Below are positions 17,906 through 21,052 of a stretch of DNA of 21,052 nucleotides, in pieces. Source of the DNA: Gemmatimonadota bacterium. Lineage in GTDB: Bacteria > Gemmatimonadota > Gemmatimonadetes > Gemmatimonadales > GWC2-71-9. Position 1 is the first letter of the stretch, and the number at the start of each line of letters is the position of its first letter. The DNA lies in the NCBI GenBank assembly GCA_039588295.1, contig JBDHAB010000046.1:1-21052 (forward strand), read 5' to 3'. Below the pieces are notes generated by a model, which saw only the letters and a list, made by a program, of their open reading frames with translations, was not told where the DNA came from and ran no database searches. Position numbers and translations under genes: made by a program.

Positions 17906-18076
17906 CTCACGGACGCCGTCGCTCAACAGCCACTACTGCAGCCCGGCCAGCGCGTAAGGGTGACGGTACCAAGTCTCGATCTGGACAAGGATGGGGAGAG
18001 TTTCTCCCAACTGCGCGGAGACACGCTCGTGCTGAAATCGATGCGGTGCCCCGTCGCCGACGTTGAACGCCTCGAC
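17900..18076 (+). pseudogene. internal fragment of a small secreted hypothetical protein
   Basis: APLTDAVAQQPLLQPGQRVRVT...LRGDTLVL...CPVADVERLD looks like a signal-peptide end plus a beta-rich domain; no own start; ends at the NAD kinase fragment junction. Confidence 0.45.
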
Positions 18077-18258
18077 GAGATCATTAGTTGGATGGGCGCC
18101 GATTCCTCACCCAGCTGCTCGACGGCCTCGGCCCATAGCAGCTCGAGGTCCGGCTCCGCAACGAGTGTATGACCGTTGCGCGGGGCGTATCGGGCTAGCT
18201 GCGCGAGCACGCCCCGTAGCTCGCTGTAGCGTTGATTCCCGACGACACCAATTCTCAT
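18076..18258 (-). pseudogene. NAD kinase N-terminal fragment (truncated)
   Basis: MRIGVVGN...IQLMIS starts with an ATGA overlap on the dxs stop, a position where NAD kinase commonly occurs; it breaks exactly where the (L)GGDGT motif is expected. Confidence 0.6.
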
Positions 18259-20147
18259 CGTGCGGAAGGAGTTACCTCGGCAACGAGAGCGTGTACACGG
18301 GTCACCAGCGCATCGGCGGACAGCCCCGCTTCGACTAGCTGATCCGTTCGCTTCGCATGTTCGAAGGTGCGATCGGGGGCACCCAGCGTCTCCACGCGCA
18401 CCTCCGGCGCCATCGACTTGATCGTCGACGCCATGTACGCACCGAACCCGTTCACCCCCGTGCCGTCCTCGATCGTAAGCAGCAGACGGTGCTCCGAGAC
18501 GAGCGAGTCCAGCATTCTTCGGTCGTACGGCTTCAAGAACCGGCAGTTCACCACCGCGACTTCGACGCCGTCTGCCGCCAGTCGCTCCGCCGCCTCAAGG
18601 GCCGGCTGACACATGACACCGACAGCGAGGATTGCCGCGTCCCGGCCGTCACGCAGTCGTTCCCACGATCCATACCGAACCGCCTCGACCTGCTCGACGG
18701 GAACCATCGACCCGGGAGCGGTATCGCGCGGATAGCGGATCGCAAACGGTCCGTCGTGCTGCAACGCGCACCGCAGCAGTCCCACCAACTCCGGCGCGTC
18801 GTTCGGCGCGGTCACAGTCATGTTCGGAACCGCCAGCATATAGGGGATATCGTACAGCCCCATGTGAGTCTGCCCGTCCGCTCCCACCATGCCCGCGCGA
18901 TCCATGCAGAACGTCACCGGCAGTCCCTGGATCGCGATGTCGTGGATGATCATGTCGAAGGCGCGCTGGAGGAACGTCGAGTAGATCGCGACGACGGGAC
19001 GCAGGCCCTGTGTCGCCAGCCCCGCGGCGAACGTCGTGGCGTGTCCTTCAGCAATCCCGACGTCGAAGAACCGATCGGGCCAGCGTTTCTGGAAGATGTC
19101 GGTGCCCGTTCCCGACGGCATGGCTGCCGTGATCACAACGAGCGCGGGGTTCTCTTCGCCGAGCTCGGCGATCGCGGTGCCGAACACCTTGGTCCACGTG
19201 GGCTGCGTGCTCTGCGAGGGACGGAGCACGCCCGTTTTCGGATCGTACGGATTGCGTGCGTGGAACTTCTCCGGATGCGGCTCCTTGAACGGGAAACCTT
19301 TGCCCTTCTCCGTCACGACGTGCACCACTCGTGGCCCGTCGAGCGTCTTCACCAAGTCGAACGTGCGAAGCATCGCGTCGATATTGTGGCCGTCGATGGG
19401 GCCGAAGTACCTGAAGCCCAGCTCCTCAAACAGCATGCCGGGAGACCACAAGTTCTTGACGCTCTCTTCCACGGTCTTGGCGAAGTCGACAATCCGGTTC
19501 CCGCCCACCAAGTGCGACGCCCGTTCGATCAGATTCTTGACATGCTCGCGCATCCGGTTCGTGAACGGACTCGCGATGACGGACCCGAGGTACTTGTTGA
19601 TGGCTCCAACGTTGGGCGCGATCGACATCCCGTTGTCGTTCAAGACCATGATGATGTCGCGTCCTGAGTGACCAGCGTTGTTCATCGCCTCGTACGACAG
19701 CCCGCAGGTCATCGCCCCGTCGCCCACCACCGCCACCACGTGGAAGTCCTCGCCGAGGAGATCGCGGGCCGTTGCCATCCCGAAGGCCGCGGACATTGCG
19801 GTGCCCGCGTGCCCCGCACCGAACACGTCATGCTCGCTCTCGGTCCGGCGCAGAAAACCCGACAATCCATCCTTCTGACGCAGCGAGGGCAAACGTCCGT
19901 CGCGCCCGGTCAGCACCTTCCAGGGATACCCCTGGTGCCCAACGTCCCACACGATCTTGTCGACAGGAGATTCGAACGCGTGGGCAAGCGCCACCGTCAG
20001 CTCCACTACGCCCAGTCCGGCCCCAATGTGCCCTCCGGTCTGCGACACGACGTCGATCAGGCGCTGTCGTACCTCCTCGGCGAGAGCAGGTAACTGCTCC
20101 CGGTCGAGCGCATGAACTTCCGCTGGGGACTTAATGGATTCGAGCAT
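18255..20147 (-). CDS. dxs: 1-deoxy-D-xylulose-5-phosphate synthase
   Basis: GGHIGAGLGVVELT, WDVGHQ, TPP motif GDGAMT...LNDN, FEELG..Y.GPIDGH, DVGIAEGHA, IYSTFLQRA, DRAG.VGADG.TH; 630 aa full length. Confidence 0.97.
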   Translation of the reverse strand: MLESIKSPAEVHALDREQLPALAEEVRQRLIDVVSQTGGHIGAGLGVVELTVALAHAFESPVDKIVWDVGHQGYPWKVLTGRDGRLPSLRQKDGLSGFLRRTESEHDVFGAGHAGTAMSAAFGMATARDLLGEDFHVVAVVGDGAMTCGLSYEAMNNAGHSGRDIIMVLNDNGMSIAPNVGAINKYLGSVIASPFTNRMREHVKNLIERASHLVGGNRIVDFAKTVEESVKNLWSPGMLFEELGFRYFGPIDGHNIDAMLRTFDLVKTLDGPRVVHVVTEKGKGFPFKEPHPEKFHARNPYDPKTGVLRPSQSTQPTWTKVFGTAIAELGEENPALVVITAAMPSGTGTDIFQKRWPDRFFDVGIAEGHATTFAAGLATQGLRPVVAIYSTFLQRAFDMIIHDIAIQGLPVTFCMDRAGMVGADGQTHMGLYDIPYMLAVPNMTVTAPNDAPELVGLLRCALQHDGPFAIRYPRDTAPGSMVPVEQVEAVRYGSWERLRDGRDAAILAVGVMCQPALEAAERLAADGVEVAVVNCRFLKPYDRRMLDSLVSEHRLLLTIEDGTGVNGFGAYMASTIKSMAPEVRVETLGAPDRTFEHAKRTDQLVEAGLSADALVTRVHALVAEVTPSAR

Positions 20148-20258
20148 AGACGGTTGTTGGTGTCCAGTTGTCCGTCATCAGTACACTCTTTCCGGAGTTC
20201 GGCTCACTTGGTGCAAGCCTTGGAGCCGAGCGACCGAAAACTGACAACTGATAGCTGA

Positions 20259-20462
20259 TTACCTCCGTCTCTCCACAATGAACTTCGCCAATCCTTCCGG
20301 GACCCTGCAATCTAGCCCATGCTGCCGGAGGAGGGCCACGGCCCGGTCGATGTACTCGATCGCCGTGGCCTGAGCGCGATCGATGCCTAGCAGAGTCGCA
20401 AAAGTCGGCTCATGGTGAGCGGCGTCCTTCCCGGCTGTCTTGCCCAGCTCATTCGACGTGCC
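20259..20462 (-). pseudogene. ispA: C-terminal fragment of geranyltranstransferase / FPP synthase (IspA-like)
   Basis: GTSNELGKTAGKDAAHHEPTFATLLG...LAKFIVERRR directly upstream of dxs; the preceding FQI.DD.LD motif and whole N-terminal part are missing. Confidence 0.8.
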
Positions 20463-20629
20463 TATGCCTGTCCGCTTCAGTACTCTGCTGTGCAACGGTG
20501 TGCAGCAGTTGTAGCGGCATCTCCCGCTGTGATGCTTCCAGCTCTCCATTCTCAGAGTACTCCCAGAGACGAAGCTCTATCGACCGGTGGCGCTCGCATC
20601 GCGTGGTCTCGTCGAGCCGGGGATAACGT

Positions 20630-20794
20630 GCTGTGGGGTTTTCACTTGAAATGCGCCTGGCGCGATTCGTTGCGTTAGCGGTCGCGAGTGGTGGGGTCGG
20701 GTAATGGGGGCGTCCACGCGCGACCTTTGGCTCCGGAGGCTAAGAGTGGCGTCCATGCGCGTCAGTGGACGTCGTTACAATGTCCGTTACAATC
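20630..20794 (-). repeat. tRNA-Arg(CCG) 3'-fragment-containing att-like repeat, copy 4 (internally shortened)
   Basis: Minus strand reads GCCTCCGGAGCCAAAGGTCGCGCGTG[45 nt]CGAATCGCGCCAGGCGCAT; only three decamer units (20748,20758,20768); GTTACA at 20774 and 20786; left hairpin arm absent. Confidence 0.85.
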
Positions 20795-20842
20795 CGTAGC
20801 CGTGCCTTTCGAGCCACCCAGCCGCTTGACTCATGATCCGGA

Positions 20843-20872
20843 AGGCCCGGGCGCCGTGTGGCGCCCAGGCCT
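20843..20872 (-). terminator. GC-rich hairpin, possible terminator
   Basis: AGGCCCGGGCGCC-gtgt-GGCGCCCAGGCCT; its single mismatch is a G-U wobble on the minus strand; no strong U tract. Confidence 0.35.
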
Positions 20873-20948
20873 CCGCAGCCTGCATCTCGATGACCGTACC
20901 GCCGGTGGCCGTTGCTGCTCCCCTGCGTTCGCTGTTAGGGCGCGGTGG

Positions 20949-21050
20949 TCACTTCACCCACAGGACGGCGCGGTCCACTCCCCCGAGAAAGCGGACGCCG
21001 ACCACGTAGCCGACACTGTTGACCACCAAGGCAAGGCTCGGTCTGGTATC
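20949..21050 (-). CDS. C-terminal end of a probable HAF-repeat extracellular protein (5' part outside window)
   Basis: Minus frame DTRPSLALVVNSVGYVVGVRFLGGVDRAVLWVK*, resembling the A..IN..G.VVG......A.LW repeat; only 33 residues visible. Confidence 0.45.
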   Translation of the reverse strand, partial: DTRPSLALVVNSVGYVVGVRFLGGVDRAVLWVK

Positions 21051-21052
21051 CA

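Noticed and set aside
17906..17918. Inverted 13-bp match to the copy 1 decamer array (5357-5369)
   Set aside because: It reads in frame as part of the secreted-protein fragment (LTDA); likely a GC-rich coincidence.
20651..20745. Functional tRNA-Arg(CCG) gene(s)
   Set aside because: No D arm or 5' acceptor strand in any copy and the T-loop is interrupted; only 3' fragments are present.

Overview
GC-rich bacterial accessory region. Gemmatimonadota-like origin is an inference from protein style only. Left to right: a sigma54 activator (5'-truncated by the window) and HAMP histidine kinase, then a putative sigma54 promoter, a secreted TolB/PD40 beta-propeller and a lipoprotein; a six-gene putative exported redox module (DUF362, NapH/NapG-like polyferredoxin, DUF362, DUF6599, Tat-signal aldo/keto reductase-FeS, DUF6599); a short FloA-like ORF with attC-like ends; DUF1326; an aldolase/SDR-VOC-lsrF operon; and an intact dxs whose normal neighbours (ispA, NAD kinase) are both truncated. 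The main unexplained signal is a co-oriented non-coding repeat between these modules (about 5156, 12616, partial 17877, 20630). Each fuller copy contains a hairpin (or half of it), the 3' half of a tRNA-Arg(CCG) split in the T-loop by a 45-47 nt insert, 10-bp-period direct repeats and a GTTACA-N6-GTTACA pair. This resembles tRNA-targeted att junctions of tandem cargo islands, but no integrase is in the window.
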